A stretch of DNA of 64,000 bases, taken from contig OZ116704.1 of NCBI GenBank assembly GCA_964199315.1, positions 14,508,001 through 14,572,000 of the forward strand. Reading direction: 5' to 3'. Under the pieces are notes generated by a model that did not search any database, was not told the DNA's origin, and saw only the letters and a program-made list of their open reading frames with translations. Positions 38,090 through 50,923 of this stretch are shown in pieces (position 1 is the stretch's first letter; each line of letters begins with the position of its first letter). A program made the translations under genes and the position numbers. Origin of the DNA: Orbicella franksi (lineage: Eukaryota).

Positions 38090-38521
38090 TCACTCATAAT
38101 ATATTCTTTTCTTTGTGAGAGCGTGACCTCCTTTGATAATCTCGTAGCCTTAAAAGAAAACGTGTTTCTTGTAGCATAGCCTTGCTAACTTAATGCTAAA
38201 ATTGATCATTTGGTGAATCAACTAAGAAGTCTTAACCTGTTTCACGCTTTCGCTGAATTTCAACGATTGCTGCCTCAGATTTTACGAACTCGAAGTGATC
38301 CCTATTTCCCGAAATCTTTCGTCCTAACTGGACTTCAATTGCTGTAACAAGTACAAGTAAATGTTATCTGTTGGAAAAATTTTGGAAAGGTGCACGAAAA
38401 AGAGGAGTTCAACAACATTACCTCCAGTTGAGTCATATATTATGATTGCCACAGTATGGACACTAAGATGGTGCTCCCAAATTTTAATCACTTCAACAAA
38501 ATTGTTTTTTGGCTCGTCCAT
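38090..38521 (-). CDS. Novel family member, 87 aa (paralogue of the 15.6-kb gene)
   Basis: Exons 38521-38422, 38341-38237 and 38148-38090. Protein: MDEPKNNFVEVIKIWEHHLSVHTVAIIIYDSTG-AIEVQLGRKISGNRDHFEFVKSEAAIVEIQRKRET-GYEIIKGGHALTKKRIYYE*. Confidence 0.85.
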
Positions 38522-39707
38522 GTTCAGTCTTTGAAGACCAGTGTAGCGGCGAGCCTGCGAAGTATGAAACGTGTCGCGCAGTATGGATAAGTGGTATTTC
38601 TAAGTTGCATATGACGTGGATTCCAAGCGTGCCCACCTGTTAAGTTTATCGGCGCCAATGACGTGTTTGTGCAGACAAAAGCGGCCAGAAGTAACTTTTG
38701 TAAGTAGATTTTCGTTGATATTGGGTGGTTATCAACGTCGACTAATAACCGCAACAATTTCGCGCGGGTAGGGCGTCTTTTTCGTCTAGCGCCTTTTCCT
38801 GTTACATGTACACAGCTATTTTTTATTCGCGTCACTTTAGAACGCGTACAAAGAAATCTAAGAATCTTAGTAACGCAGAAATTGTAAAGGTGATTGTCAT
38901 GTTGATCTAGTTAAGGCGAGCTATATCAAAATATTTGCCCTAGGGCTGCTTGGCAGATGCGCAGCTTTAATTATGTGATCTCCCTCCAGCTGTGATTACA
39001 ATTAGTTTCCGTACAAAGCAAGGTGGAGGGATTGAAGATTTAAAGCAGTGTTATTTTGATCACTGGGCATGGGGATGAGCATTTATGTTCGCAACTTCGT
39101 CATGTTTTGAAAAATAGCGAATTTTCTCGAGTCCTCGCTGATTCGTTGCCCGTTTTTTGGTCGCTGTTGCCGGAATATGTGTTGTAGTTCGCGCAAAACA
39201 AATCATTTGCTGTTGCAGTGGTCTCAAAAGTTTGCGCGTAAGAGCTACTAGTTCAGACTTGATCTCATGAAAGCTTGATGGCTCGTCTGTCAAATGTTCC
39301 ACCGTACTTTGACCCGAGCGCTTCTATATGCGCGCGCGAAACTTGCTCGAGCATTTACAAGGGCAATTTTACGCAAAGTAGACTATATTCCAAGTCTAGT
39401 AGCAAGTAAAACTCGGTCTTGGGAAGGACGCATTTTCAGCCTATAAATCGCCTTAAAAAAATTACATAGTCGTTTCTGCACAGAAAATGTGATCTTTATT
39501 GACGTAACACTGCAGCATGCTATGAGCATTCTGTAGACGTCCAAGCTTTCTTTGACATGCTGCAATCAAAATCACAAAGGAAAAAATTATAACCGATAAA
39601 TCGGCAAATCCCAGCCGTCTTAGAGATAAACATGCATCTAGTCACAGACATTCTCGTAAATTTCTTAAAGTAAAATTTTGATGAGTGAGTTGTTTCGCTT
39701 CCTTACC

Positions 39708-40680
39708 TTAATACTTAGTCTTGTACATTTTCTCAACCGTTATCCAAGTGCAACAATTGTCGACCCGGTATTCTGTGGTGAAGAATAAGAAGGACATTGA
39801 TGTGATTTGATTCACTCCAGAGTTTTCAAGGGTACTAAACGTTTCCCTTCTCGATATGATAGAAACACTCTGCCAAACAAGCTGGCAAAGAGAACTGAGA
39901 AAATTTTCGACTAGAAGACATTGCCTTGGGGGAGTGTAAGCGAACCACAGAGCTAACGGCAACAAGAAAGTCGCTTAAAAGGTTCAGTGAAACGAGCAGT
40001 GTCTGTACTCGTGCGTTATTTATCTTGGTACATCTCTTTGCCGTCTCTGAAAAACAACTTGAAGTGATCCACTTCTATGTTACGCCGGCGAGAACGGTAA
40101 CCATAATAGTGAAGGTTCAATTTTTCGATTAAAATGAAACGCTGTAATTCGGTATTCATTTGAAAGAAAGCTCTGCATGCGACAGGCAAACTGAATAACT
40201 TTAAATGATGCGGCAATTGTTTGTGAAAATATCAACTCCTTTTTTAATTTACGCGGTACTCGCTGTCGCTGTCGTAACTCTCTTTAAACAAGAATGCGTG
40301 GCCGTGTGCGAACAGAAAGGAAAGTTGATATAATGTAACGTAACCATCCACACAAACCTCCTCTAGGGTTTCGCGTTACGTGGAATTCGCATCCTCCCTT
40401 AGCTTTCACCGTTAATGTAGTTGGTGTGTTCTTTTGTGTTCGTTGTGGCGTTTTTTGGATAATTCGTCCTGACTGGGCCGTGAAACCTAGCAGAATTCAA
40501 CTCAAATTTAATAAATACATTTGAAACTTTCTGCAAAGCGAAATTGTGATATAAATACCCACCTCCAGTGGCTGAGTCGTACTTTAATATCACGTTGGAA
40601 CAGCACAGAGGGAATCGCCTTCCAAGATGGACTTCTTCAAAAAAATCGTTTCTGGGATCGTATGGTTCAAAACCTGCCAT
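39708..40680 (-). CDS. Novel family member (long-intron-2 subfamily), 103 aa
   Basis: Exons 40680-40563, 40486-40358 and 39772-39708. Protein: MAGFEPYDPRNDFFEEVHLGRRFPLCCSNVILKYDSATG-GFTAQSGRIIQKTPQRTQKNTPTTLTVKAKGGCEFHVTRNPRG-EYRVDNCCTWITVEKMYKTKY*. TATAAA lies ~35 nt upstream. Confidence 0.85.
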
Positions 40681-41223
40681 GTTTCGCGAGATCGTTTAGA
40701 TAGATGTTTCCGTCTTTATAGCGAATGGTTGTTTTCGCGTGAGCAATGTTATTCTGGAAATCTGCTTCGCTAAACAAAAGTTTATTCAAATTAGGTCTTT
40801 GGTAAGTAGAGGCTGTGAGTTTTATCTTTTAGCTCAGTGGGCGGAGCAGGAGGAAAAGAGAAAACCAATCTTGAACACATCGTCCTAAGATCGTTTTCAC
40901 GTGACGTCATCAAGTTCTAAAGTCTTCGAGATTATAATCGTAAGCCAGTAATTCTATTTGAAATATTACATATGTACAATTTTCAAGGCACAAAACATGA
41001 CCTTTATTTCTTTCTTGCTACAGTGCTATGGAAAGGTCGCGTTGTAATTAATCTGCAGACTTCCTACATCAGTGCACTTCAAAGCATTCTGTAAGAAGAT
41101 TAGAAAGAGGAAAATTACAACTGGAAAATTGACGAATTGTTGCACTTCCAGAGTGTTTTGAGACCATTCGCAGACAATTCCTTGTTGCGACTTTTTCGGA
41201 GTCCTTTGTTTTGACTTCTTACC

Positions 41224-42014
41224 TCATTTTATTGGATACTTCTCAACGGTTACCCAAGTCCAAAAAGTGTTGGTGTCGTAGACTACAGTGAAGAATAAGA
41301 AAGAACGATTTTAGACACTGGAGTAATTTATCAATATTCTGCCAACCAAGCATTAAGCCCACCACAACGGTAACGGAAACGAACAGGTCGCTAAAACGGT
41401 TCAAATTATACATCTTGGAACTCTTATTAATCGTTTCTCGAAAACAGCAACTTAAAATAACCAGACTATGCTGTATGCATGAAGGTGAAATCCAACGGTG
41501 GAGCTTTCACGTTTCCTTTTTGAGAGAGACCGGTATCTTTGCATATTGATCCAGGTCGAGTAAGGTTTTGTCATCGATAGACAAACTGAGTGAATCTAGA
41601 TAGTGGCAAGATACTTTAGAGAAGATGAATTGACTTTGTAATTCACTTTGCACTCGGTGAAGTAGCCGTTGTGTTACAGGGTTAAATGATCATTCTTACA
41701 AACCTCCTCCTGGACGCCGAGTGACAACAAAAATGTGTCCACCGCCTGAGAGAGTTAAAATAGTTGGTCTCCTTCGGTTTATCTGCCAGGGAGTTCTATG
41801 GTCAATGCGTCCAAATAGCACATCGAAATCTGACAAAATTCAATTGAAATCTAAGAAAACTCGAGATTTTCTACGAAGCAAAACCCAGTCAAAACTAACC
41901 TCCAGTCTTCGAGTTGAAGGTAAATTTAACATCGGGACATAGATGGAAACGTCTTCCAACCTCCACTTCTTCAAAGAAGTCGCTGTTAGGCTCGTCTGAT
42001 TGAAAGCAATTCAT
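41224..42014 (-). CDS. Novel family member (long-intron-2 subfamily), 99 aa; unit absent from copy A
   Basis: Exons 42014-41900, 41829-41704 and 41282-41224. Protein: MNCFQSDEPNSDFFEEVEVGRRFHLCPDVKFTFNSKTG-DFDVLFGRIDHRTPWQINRRRPTILTLSGGGHIFVVTRRPGG-VYDTNTFWTWVTVEKYPIK*. A GTAAGA donor follows the stop after 1 nt. Confidence 0.82.
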
Positions 42015-43160
42015 TTTTGTTCAGACTGTTTAGGTATTTGTACGCAATTGAGAGAGAATAGCTTGCCCCCTGGAAATATTATTCGACAAACCTGCTTCGC
42101 TAAGCAAACGTTTATTCAAATTGAGTCTTTGTCTGTGCAGACGCACAGTGACTATCAATAATATTGTCGCAATGTTATTTTCTCTCACTCACGCGTGCGT
42201 GTTAGTCGTGGGTGTGCTTGTTATGGATTCGCGCGCCCTCTCGCGCGCACGTTTCATTCTCGTACGACTTCTGGCTGTGCGTTTGTTTATGTATTTCCTC
42301 ACAGTTAATTTCAGTCCCTTAGACGCAAACGAATATTTTAGCTCCACATTTGTTTTTTTCAAATACAAGGAAAGCTAAGAAGTTTATCCACCTTAGCATA
42401 TCAAAAGTCAGATCTTTGCCCTTGGGTCGCTTGTTGGAAGCGCATCTGTAATTATGCCTGTCTCTCTTACAAACTGTGAATTCAATTAGTTTCCACACGA
42501 GTGAGAAGACAGGGGCGGCGGTAGGCAGAGAGAGCAATTTGTGCCTCGTGATAAGCATGTTCAGCTCTAGACATTGCATCATATCTCTGTAACAAAGTAT
42601 ATCAGACGCAAAGAAATGTTTGGATTTCTCGATTTTTCCGTATGATCTCGGCGATAACATTGTATTTATATTTCTTCTGTAGTTTTATTCTTCAGAGCGG
42701 TAAGCATTAGTTTTGGGCGCGCAAAGTAGAATGAATAGACATAAACACATAACATGTGAAAAGAACGTTTATTCGTGAATATCACTATTACAGCACGTTT
42801 TTCTTCACTAATGGTCTTGTGGTTACATGCCTTGAGTTTTCCTTCACCTTCGTCGAACTGTCGAGAGAGTTAAACGAGATTGTTTTAGCCACTCGGCCAT
42901 ACTCGCAACATTTTAACGATCACAAAGTATGGCAACATCGACGACAATTGTGTGTATAAACACCTAATATATCGCTTACGTTAAACGCAGAATAAAACCC
43001 AGTGAGAAGCGTAAATGATCATTTTAATCTTTCAAGTTAGCAAATGGCATAGGTAAGACCGAAATTATGGCTATTTAGTTATGTTATCCACCATCTTGTT
43101 TCCCCAGTTGTGTAAAGAATCGAAGAACTTGACACACAATTTACAGTCGACTTACCTCGT

Positions 43161-43643
43161 TCAAACCGGTACAAAATTTGGGTCACTTAGAAAATATCCA
43201 GCGGTGATCGTTCGGTATTCTTAAAAGTAGAGAAAAACATTTCACTTACTCTCTTGCAATTAAAAGTAAATTCAAACAAGAAAAGCATTTGCGAAATACC
43301 TCCTGTCCCACGGCGCTCGAACTCCACCACGTTGTACGAAGTTGTTACGATTTTAAGTCTTCTATCGTATCGCATTCGTCCTCCATTCCAAACTTGGTTT
43401 CGTTCATCACTCACCAAGCAAGCTCCGTGAACTTCAAACTCTGTTGCGAGTAAACGATGAAGAAAGGTAATCGTACAGGGTTTGATATTTTAACAAATAA
43501 CGCGTCAAACTAGCTCAGAGTGCCTCACCTCCGTTTGGCTTTCGGAATATCGTCGCCTCATGTTGATAAGGCTCATATACTGTTCTGTATAGTTTCAATA
43601 CCTCGCAACTGTTACTAAAATCAGTAGTCTGATACAGACTCAT
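43161..43643 (-). CDS. Novel family member, 104 aa
   Basis: Exons 43643-43529, 43440-43300 and 43219-43161; introns of 88 and 80 nt. Protein: MSLYQTTDFSNSCEVLKLYRTVYEPYQHEATIFRKPNG-EFEVHGACLVSDERNQVWNGGRMRYDRRLKIVTTSYNVVEFERRGTG-EYRTITAGYFLSDPNFVPV*. A GTAAGT donor follows the stop after 5 nt. Confidence 0.87.
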
Positions 43644-44689
43644 TTTAGCCAAAAGTCTATATTTAAAATTGCCGGGTTCGAGCTCGATGACTTTCGATAT
43701 AGATGTGTCACAATAGTTTTACGAGTCGGCACTTTATGTACAAGTGATGTCATATGTAAGTGATGTCATGTATCCCAAGCTCCTCTTGCAGGCGGCAATA
43801 TTTATGCCACGAGTACGTTAGTAGTCACGAGGGTTGGTTGAAATCATAACTCAATACAGCGTAGAAGTTTAACGAATTGTAATTATCGTATACAGCTAAC
43901 AAAGCTGCGCCATCGAATTCAGTACAGTTATGCATGTTCAATAAGTCAATTTTGCACGGAAAATTGGCTCTTAAATCGCGCGTCGTTCACTTTGCGCGAC
44001 CAGAAGAAATTGTTTTCGCTTGCTTGGAGGCGAATTACCGTCCAACCTCTCGCTTTTTTTTAAACAAACTCATGTGGTTAGAATTGCTACAATCCCACAG
44101 GCAACGCATGAAAATCTCTTCCAGAACTGGTCAGGACTCGCTTGAAGTGTCAACGAGAACACTGGTTTTATCAAGCCAAAATTTTCATGGAGCTAAAATT
44201 GTCGTGAATATCTTAAAGATATTCGTGTTAGGTCGTTTTGTGACAGAAGATGAATAAAGCTCAGTCTATCGAACGACCTGTGACAGTTAACTGAACGAAC
44301 TCTGTCACGCGCGCGTTTATTTCGTGAATTTGCTATTGATTTCTGTCCCTCTTTATTTTGCACCAGTAAACTGAAAGGGTTTATGCTAAGGATCTCTTTG
44401 ATGTGGAGCGTAATCAATGTTGAGTTAATCTTTTATATTATACTGATACACGTTTCCAACACAGAATTATAAACTTTAATTCTTCCCCACTACAGTTTCA
44501 AATAATGCGTTATAAGCAATCTCTAGACTTCTATGGTCGCTGTGCTCCGAAGCAATCTGTAATCAAGATCAGAAAGGAGAAAATATAAATGGAATTATTA
44601 GAGCAATTTCAGAGATAATGCGCGTTCATTGGCATGCTATCTCTTCGTGTAGCATTAGAAGTCTTATTCTCATGTTTCAACTTCTTACC

Positions 44690-45584
44690 TCAATTTAATC
44701 GAGTCCTCGTGACGGTTACCCAAGTAAACCAGCTTTGAGCCTCGTAGACTATGGTAAAAATTATGCAAGAATGATATTAGGAACTGAGATGATTTACTTA
44801 ACTCCTAAATTTTCAAGAGTGCTGCCGGAAATCTGGCTCAATCTTAGAATACGCGGCCGACTGTACAAGCGAGGAGAGCATAGACATTTCTGAGAGATAC
44901 AGGAACAGGCGATTACTCAGCACGTTAACATCGTGATAGATTTTTTCGCCGTCACAGCAAACAAAGAGCATCAAATGACTAAACTCTGCTTTACGTAGAG
45001 CACCAGAACCACGACCGTAAAAATTCAGTGTTTCGATGTGCAATTGAAAGCTGTATTTAGTCGTTCATTTCTGGAAAGCTCTGCATCCGTTAGGCGAACT
45101 GGATAGCTCTACACAACGGCATCAATTTCCTATTTAATTCTCACTGTACTCGGCGTGGCCGTTGAGTGGTTGTTAAATCCTCCTTTTGTACGAACTATTT
45201 GGCGATCAGCAAGTTAGTGAATGCCTAGTCTCTCGACTTAAGTCTACGGAGATCATCAATACAAACCTCCTCCTGGTTTTCGGTTGACAACGTAACGGGA
45301 TCCTCCATCCGATTTAACTGTTAACTTAGTTGTTGTTCCTTGGGTTATCCGCTGCGGAGTTATTTCAACAATAGACCCCAACTCGGCGGTGAAAGCTAAG
45401 AGGTTGCAGTTTAAATCTAAGTACATTTGTAATTTCCAGCAAAGCAAAACTGCGACAGAGACGTACCTCCTGTCCGCGAGTCGAAAGATACGATTACATT
45501 GGCATGGCGATGTATACATTCAGTGCCAATGTTCACCTCTTCTCGGAAGTCGTTGTGAGGCTCGTCTTTTTCCGTCTCTGACAT
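44690..45584 (-). CDS. Novel family member (long-intron-2 subfamily), 101 aa
   Basis: Exons 45584-45467, 45395-45267 and 44748-44690. Protein: MSETEKDEPHNDFREEVNIGTECIHRHANVIVSFDSRTG-AFTAELGSIVEITPQRITQGTTTKLTVKSDGGSRYVVNRKPGG-VYEAQSWFTWVTVTRTRLN*. Confidence 0.83.
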
Positions 45585-47034
45585 TTTTGCTCGGATCGTT
45601 TAGATATTTGGTTCAGAACGTTTTAGAGGGAATAATTGTTTGCGCGTTATAAATATCATTTGACAAAACTGCTTCGCTAAGCAAACGTTTATTCAAATTA
45701 GGTCTTTGTTATGCAGACGCATTGAGTGTTAATACATTGTATGAACGTTAATTCCCTTCATCGCGCGCGTTTTAGTCGCGCGTTTTTCTAAGACTGGTTT
45801 GCCTCGCGCGAAAGTTTGCTTCTGTATTTACGCAGAGCTAATTTCACCCTTTGCGCTCCACATTTGTTTTATTTTTTCCTGGTTTGCATTTAAATTCTTA
45901 GAAATCGAATGCTATTCTAAAACTCCTTTTAATCTCAGCTACAAGCCCCATTTTCTTCTGTGCTGGATTGTCTGATCTTTTTTGTAGTTTACCAGTTCTA
46001 AACGCGCGCGCGCGCCTGTAACACTTGAATGGTTTAATTTAAGTTCAGTGGGCGGAGCAAGAGGAAGGGAGAGAACAGAGTTTGAACAGACTAATCCCTC
46101 TTGAGTGTTTTATTTTCAATTTATTGACGTCACATCCAATCTCGTTTTACAAAGTGCAAGTGTAATTCCCTTTTGGCAGTGATTGACGCTTTTCTAAGCT
46201 CTGCTATTAATGGCAAGTAAACGAATACGTTTGACCTCCATTTTCTTGAAGTAAATTGCTGCTGCAAGGTCTCCATTGTCTCTGTGCACTTTGGCTATTT
46301 CACAGACTTGGCTACGAAATCGTTCGTTTGTAAGCTGCACATTTTAGTGGGGAATTTTGCATTCCAAATAGCGCACTCGAGCTAAGCAACACTGATACAG
46401 ATTAAGCCAAAGATTTGCTTCTAGCGTTTTATCAGTGATGTCGGTCACAAAGCACTTTTGCGCGCAGCGAAGCCTGCCTTCGCGACGTACGTGCGCGTGG
46501 TTTTTGCGCATTTTGCCAGCTTCTAATGTAGTTCGTAGACTCGGGTAAGGGTATAGTATCTGCAACCATACAATATACAATATTACTATTTCTCGTAATA
46601 CTAATCGCGAATACAATAAAAGTAAGTAGTAACAAGTGTAGTAAGGAGGAAAATTCGGTCATGGGAAGGAGGCGTTTTGAGCCAATAAATCTGTTTAAGA
46701 CAATAACGCATACCCAGTACTCTACATCAAAAATCGAACTTTATTCACTTCACACTAGAGTATGAAACATTTTGCTGTGAATAAATCTACAGATGTCCGA
46801 TTTCTTGCAGCCCTCCGCGAACAATCTGTAATCAAGATCACAGAAGAGAAAATTAATTCTTGATAATCGACAGTTTATAGGCATTTCAGTACTTTTAGTG
46901 TGATTTTCGTAAACGTAGAGTTATGCTTGCTTAAGTAATCTTAATTCTTTGGGGCTAAGGAAATACTCGAGTCTCGTAAAACAATACTTTGAAATGTATA
47001 ACAAAGCGCGCTTGCGAAGCGTGTTAACTTACAT

Positions 47035-47518
47035 TTATACTTCCACTTTTCGTCCATCAAAGTAATATCGTTTCCCGTTGGCGTCTACGTTGTATTCTTC
47101 GAAGAAGAAAAGACGGATCGTGTATTAAACTTTTTTCCACTAAAACTAAGATTTCTCTGCCTCTTACACAGACTCACCTCCGTTACTATATCGTTTGACT
47201 TCTATCACGTTAGCCTTCGAGGTAACAATTTTTAATCGTCGATATCGTCGCCCATAGTTATGCCCTTCTTCATCTTCAGCTTTGAAGCCATCGCTGATTT
47301 TGAATTCTATGTGCATGAAGAATACTTGAGCGTTTTAACGACAATTTCACGTAAATTCATCTCAATTTTTGCAGACGCAACAACGAAATTTATAAACCCA
47401 GACCTCTTTCTGGAGTATAGAAGATGGTCACTTCAGCGGTATCATCCTCAATTCCGATCTGGATCACTTCGCAAAATTTACGCGCGTTTGGTTCATCTGG
47501 GTTGTATCCGTCACCCAT
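47035..47518 (-). CDS. Novel family member, 101 aa
   Basis: Exons 47518-47404, 47306-47178 and 47096-47035; introns of 97 and 81 nt. Protein: MGDGYNPDEPNARKFCEVIQIGIEDDTAEVTIFYTPER-EFKISDGFKAEDEEGHNYGRRYRRLKIVTSKANVIEVKRYSNG-EYNVDANGKRYYFDGRKVEV*. A GTAAGT donor follows the stop after 2 nt. Confidence 0.88.
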
Positions 47519-48109
47519 TTTGTCCGCCGTCTAATGTTGAACAGCTAGCTTATAGTCGAGTTCCTCGATTCGCTTGACGCTCCGGTGCGTCAGTTCGATT
47601 GTTCTTGCGCGTATGCGGTTGTAAACATGCGCGCCAAGGCACATGCTGATTTGTGTATTTGATATGTTTGGTAATCGATTATTTTTAGCTTCTTCCTATG
47701 ATGCAAGAGAGATTTTGTGACAACATTGAAATAGAAAAACACGCCACACAATTCAAAACTTTATTACTTAGGAAATGCTTTACAAATAAAAATCGTTATT
47801 TTAAAGTGTTATATGAAATCATTAATCTTGGGAATAGGTTCTGGTCCTCGTCAGGTAAGTCTAAATTGGAAGAAAAAGTAGAATTAGAGTATTTAGCCCG
47901 TTGTATGAATGAATGCAAATTGAACTCCATTTATCGACGTTTGGCGCCGTTACTTTGTTTCAGTAAGACTGCTACATGTCCGTGCTAGACTGTCCGCACA
48001 GAAATATCAGATTTAGCCTATGTTCGACACAGTTGATGACAGATTTATCCTACGTTCGACACAGTTGATGATTGGTTTTTCATATTATCAAACTGCAGTT
48101 ACCTTTGGG

Positions 48110-48606
48110 TTAGAAGTATGTACGTCCCAATTCTTTCATCCAGAATCCAATGGTGTTTAAATAGTATCCTTTAAGATAAAAATGAATTGTTTTAGGGATA
48201 CAAGTTTGATCGTATTTGTGTCCGACTGAGAAGAATGGAGTAGACAAAAACACAAACCTCCTTTTCCACGACGACGGGTGATACTAAATCTTACTCCGTG
48301 TTTAGTCTCAACTCTAAGTTTTCGATTTGTTTCGTCTGGCCTATCCCAGATTTTCTCTCCTCCGTCTGTGACACTGAACTCTAGTAAAAGATTGAAAGCA
48401 AGCGAATGTTGGATATATGTATTTCAAAGCATTGCAAAGTCAAGATGGCGCAAAAAGCGAGAAGGAAACATTTTTTACTTACCTCCTCTTCCTCGATTGT
48501 AGACAGTGTAAATGATTGTGACATCGTGGTTGGAATTACCATTTCTTCCGACCAGAACCATCTCATAAAATGAATTTGATGGATCCGGTGGCTGATGCAA
48601 AGTCAT
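48110..48606 (-). CDS. Novel family member, 101 aa
   Basis: Exons 48606-48483, 48380-48258 and 48168-48110. Protein: MTLHQPPDPSNSFYEMVLVGRNGNSNHDVTIIYTVYNRGRG-EFSVTDGGEKIWDRPDETNRKLRVETKHGVRFSITRRRGKG-GYYLNTIGFWMKELGRTYF*. A 3'UTR intron spans 48102-47861, and AATAAA is at 47765-47760. Confidence 0.87.
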
Positions 48607-48939
48607 ATTAGTTTTAGAAGGGTTGAATTACAGCGAAAAGTTGAATTATCACGCCTGTTATCGAGACTGTAGTCGGCGGGAATAACGGCATTCGTTGGAA
48701 ATTTCACGCAGACTGTTGAGCTCATGATTATGTATACATTAAAACGCAACGCGTGATTGAAACGGCACGTGTGCAGGGCTTCAATTTAACACGCGCGTGT
48801 TCTTGAGTACGTTCTTATTTTGCGCCGCGCTTTCTTAATGTCTGTTTTACATTACAGAATAGTAACACAAATGACAGTAAAGTAAGGTTATACTGTGATC
48901 ATTTCCGATGTTGTCAGGGTCACACGAAATCTCGTTTTT

Positions 48940-49020
48940 CCGTTGTTATTATCTCGTTTGACGTCCATCACTTAAGCCTTCGAAGTAACAATTTTTAGTC
49001 ATCGATATTGTCGTTCTTAA
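48940..49020 (-). pseudogene. Remnant of the second half of exon 2 (paralogue of the 47.5-kb gene)
   Basis: Reads RQYR*LKIVTSKA*VMDVKRDNNNG against RRYRRLKIVTSKANVIEVKRYSNG. It is joined directly to sequence homologous to the 47.6-kb upstream region. Confidence 0.75.
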
Positions 49021-49522
49021 TTAGTCTACTCCGCTGCCTCAGTTCAATTATACTCGCGCGTTTCCGCCGTACGTTATGCTGAGTTGCGCATTTTCATGTG
49101 TTTGGTAATCGATTATTTTTAGCTGCTCCCTGTGACGTGAGGGGATTATGTGACAGCATAGAAATAAACAAGAACGTTACACAATTCTCTTCTTAGTAAG
49201 ATAAAACAACTTTATTACCTATAAACAGTGTTCACAATAAAACAATCGTTATATGAGGGTCTTATACTGAATCATCACTCCCAGGAATAGGCTCTTGTCC
49301 TCGTCTCAAAGGTCTAAAGTGGAAGAAAAAGTAAAAGCACGTTGTTTGAACGAGTGAAAATTGGAATATATTTAGCAGCGTTTGGCGCCGTTACAATGTT
49401 TCAGTAAGACTGCTACATGTATCTACTAGGCTGTCTACACAGAAATGACAGATTTATCCTACGTTGTTCGACACAGTTGATGATTTGTTTTCCATATTAT
49501 CAAATTGCAATTACCTTAGGGT

Positions 49523-50015
49523 TTAATAGTATGTACGTCCCAGTTCCTTTTTCCAGAATCCGTAAGTGTTGAAATAGTATCCTTCAAGATAAAAACGAAT
49601 TGTGTTAGCTGTACCAATTTGGTCATATTTGACCTCAACTGGGAGAAATTTAGCACGCAAGCACACAAACCTCCTCTGTGACGACGGGTGATTTGAAAAG
49701 TATTCCCGTATTTAGTTTGAACACCAAGTCTTCGATCTCTTCCGTCTTGTTGTACCCATAGAATGCTTCCTCCATCTGTGACTCTAAACTCTAACAAAAG
49801 AAGGCAAGTGAAATTTGGATACATTTACTGTATGGTGTTACAAAGTCGAAATGGCGCAGAAAAAAAAAACAAGTCGAAAGGAACAATTTTGATTTACCTC
49901 CTCGCCCTCGATTATAGTAGTAGATCGTCACTTCATGGTAAGAACTGTAGTCTCTTCCGACTTGAACCGTCTCGTAAAAAGAATTTGTCGGATCTCGAGA
50001 CTGAAAGTAACTCAT
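49523..50015 (-). CDS. Novel family member, 98 aa
   Basis: Exons 50015-49898, 49790-49671 and 49581-49523. Protein: MSYFQSRDPTNSFYETVQVGRDYSSYHEVTIYYYNRGRG-EFRVTDGGSILWVQQDGRDRRLGVQTKYGNTFQITRRHRG-GYYFNTYGFWKKELGRTYY*. A 3'UTR intron spans 49514-49314, and AATAAA is at 49216-49211. Confidence 0.88.
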
Positions 50016-50923
50016 TTTAGCTTGAAAAGGGTCGAATTAGCGAAAAACTGAATTATCACTCCTGTTAGCGAGTCTCTAGTCGGCGGAAACAGCAGTGCTC
50101 GTCTCAATTTATTCAGGGAGTTGAGCGAGTGATGGTGCAATACACTGATACGGAACGCGTGATTGGCGACGGAAATAGCGGATGTGCATGGCTTCACTTT
50201 GACGCGCGCGTGGTCTCGAACATGTTTTTATATTTGCGCTGCGCGGCACCAACTGTCAAAACACATTTCATTATATGACAAATGAGACCAGAGGGGAAAT
50301 GAGAATTTAGTTTTAATCACACCTGATCTTTCTTTATCATTCACGTCGGCCTACCTCGGATATCGTTGATGAAAAACATTCTAACCTTACCTGGAAGCAT
50401 TTTATTTAGCGGCTCGACACTAGCTACAACACAAACCAGTAATAAATTGATTAGACGAAATAATTTGCTCAGGACAATTAACCATTCAAGTCAAAGTAAT
50501 TTCAGAATAGTGCTACATTCATACTACTTTCTTCTACTATGACAGGGCTTTGTTTTTCCACATACAACCTGTGATGAAAATAAGGAATTGATGTAAACGG
50601 CGCCGGAATCGTGTTCTTCAAATCATAGCCTTTCTGTCGTCGAAAGCGTGTGTGAGTTGTTACGTGATATTATTCCACTGGACACGTCGCGTATAAGAAT
50701 GTTTCTGTGCATGTAGTGTCTTTAGTGATTAGGTACCTGACTCCGATTTTCCGGTATTTTCTGACGTTGTAGATGGCTTTAGTTATGGAATAAATGTCCG
50801 CATATTTGGACGGTATTTGATGTTTGTGGTTACTAGTTCTACCGCTTAAAGATGCTCGCGTGTCAAACGAAGAATTCTAAAGTAATAAAACTACGACATT
50901 TAACTCAATTACCCTACCTTGCT

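Larger units (their letters stand above)
19700..42495. repeat. Tandem segmental duplication, copy B
   Basis: Collinear with copy A. It is longer because of the 3.94-kb transposon at 26569-30510 and one extra gene unit at ~41050-42180. Confidence 0.93.
47190..50235. repeat. Local tandem duplication of a two-gene unit (~47190-48830 vs ~48940-50235)
   Basis: Collinear homology covers upstream regions, exons, introns and 3' flanks, for example ggtaatcgattatttttagct at ~47670 and ~49105. Confidence 0.85.

Noticed and set aside
46432-46662. ORF with a signal-peptide-like N-terminus
   Set aside because: Homologous modules at ~16400 and ~39420 do not keep the frame or the start codon.
49306-49308. 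In-frame TGA in a downstream exon, considered as possible selenocysteine
   Set aside because: The exon lies after the true stop and is followed by AATAAA, so it is best read as the non-coding 3'UTR exon.
49639-49670. Apparent 32-nt GT-AG micro-intron (also 48226-48257) giving an in-frame longer exon 3
   Set aside because: A second in-frame AG gives an 89-nt intron in both genes. That matches the 80-88 nt introns of paralogues and aligns exon 3 at GY. A 32-nt intron is implausibly short.
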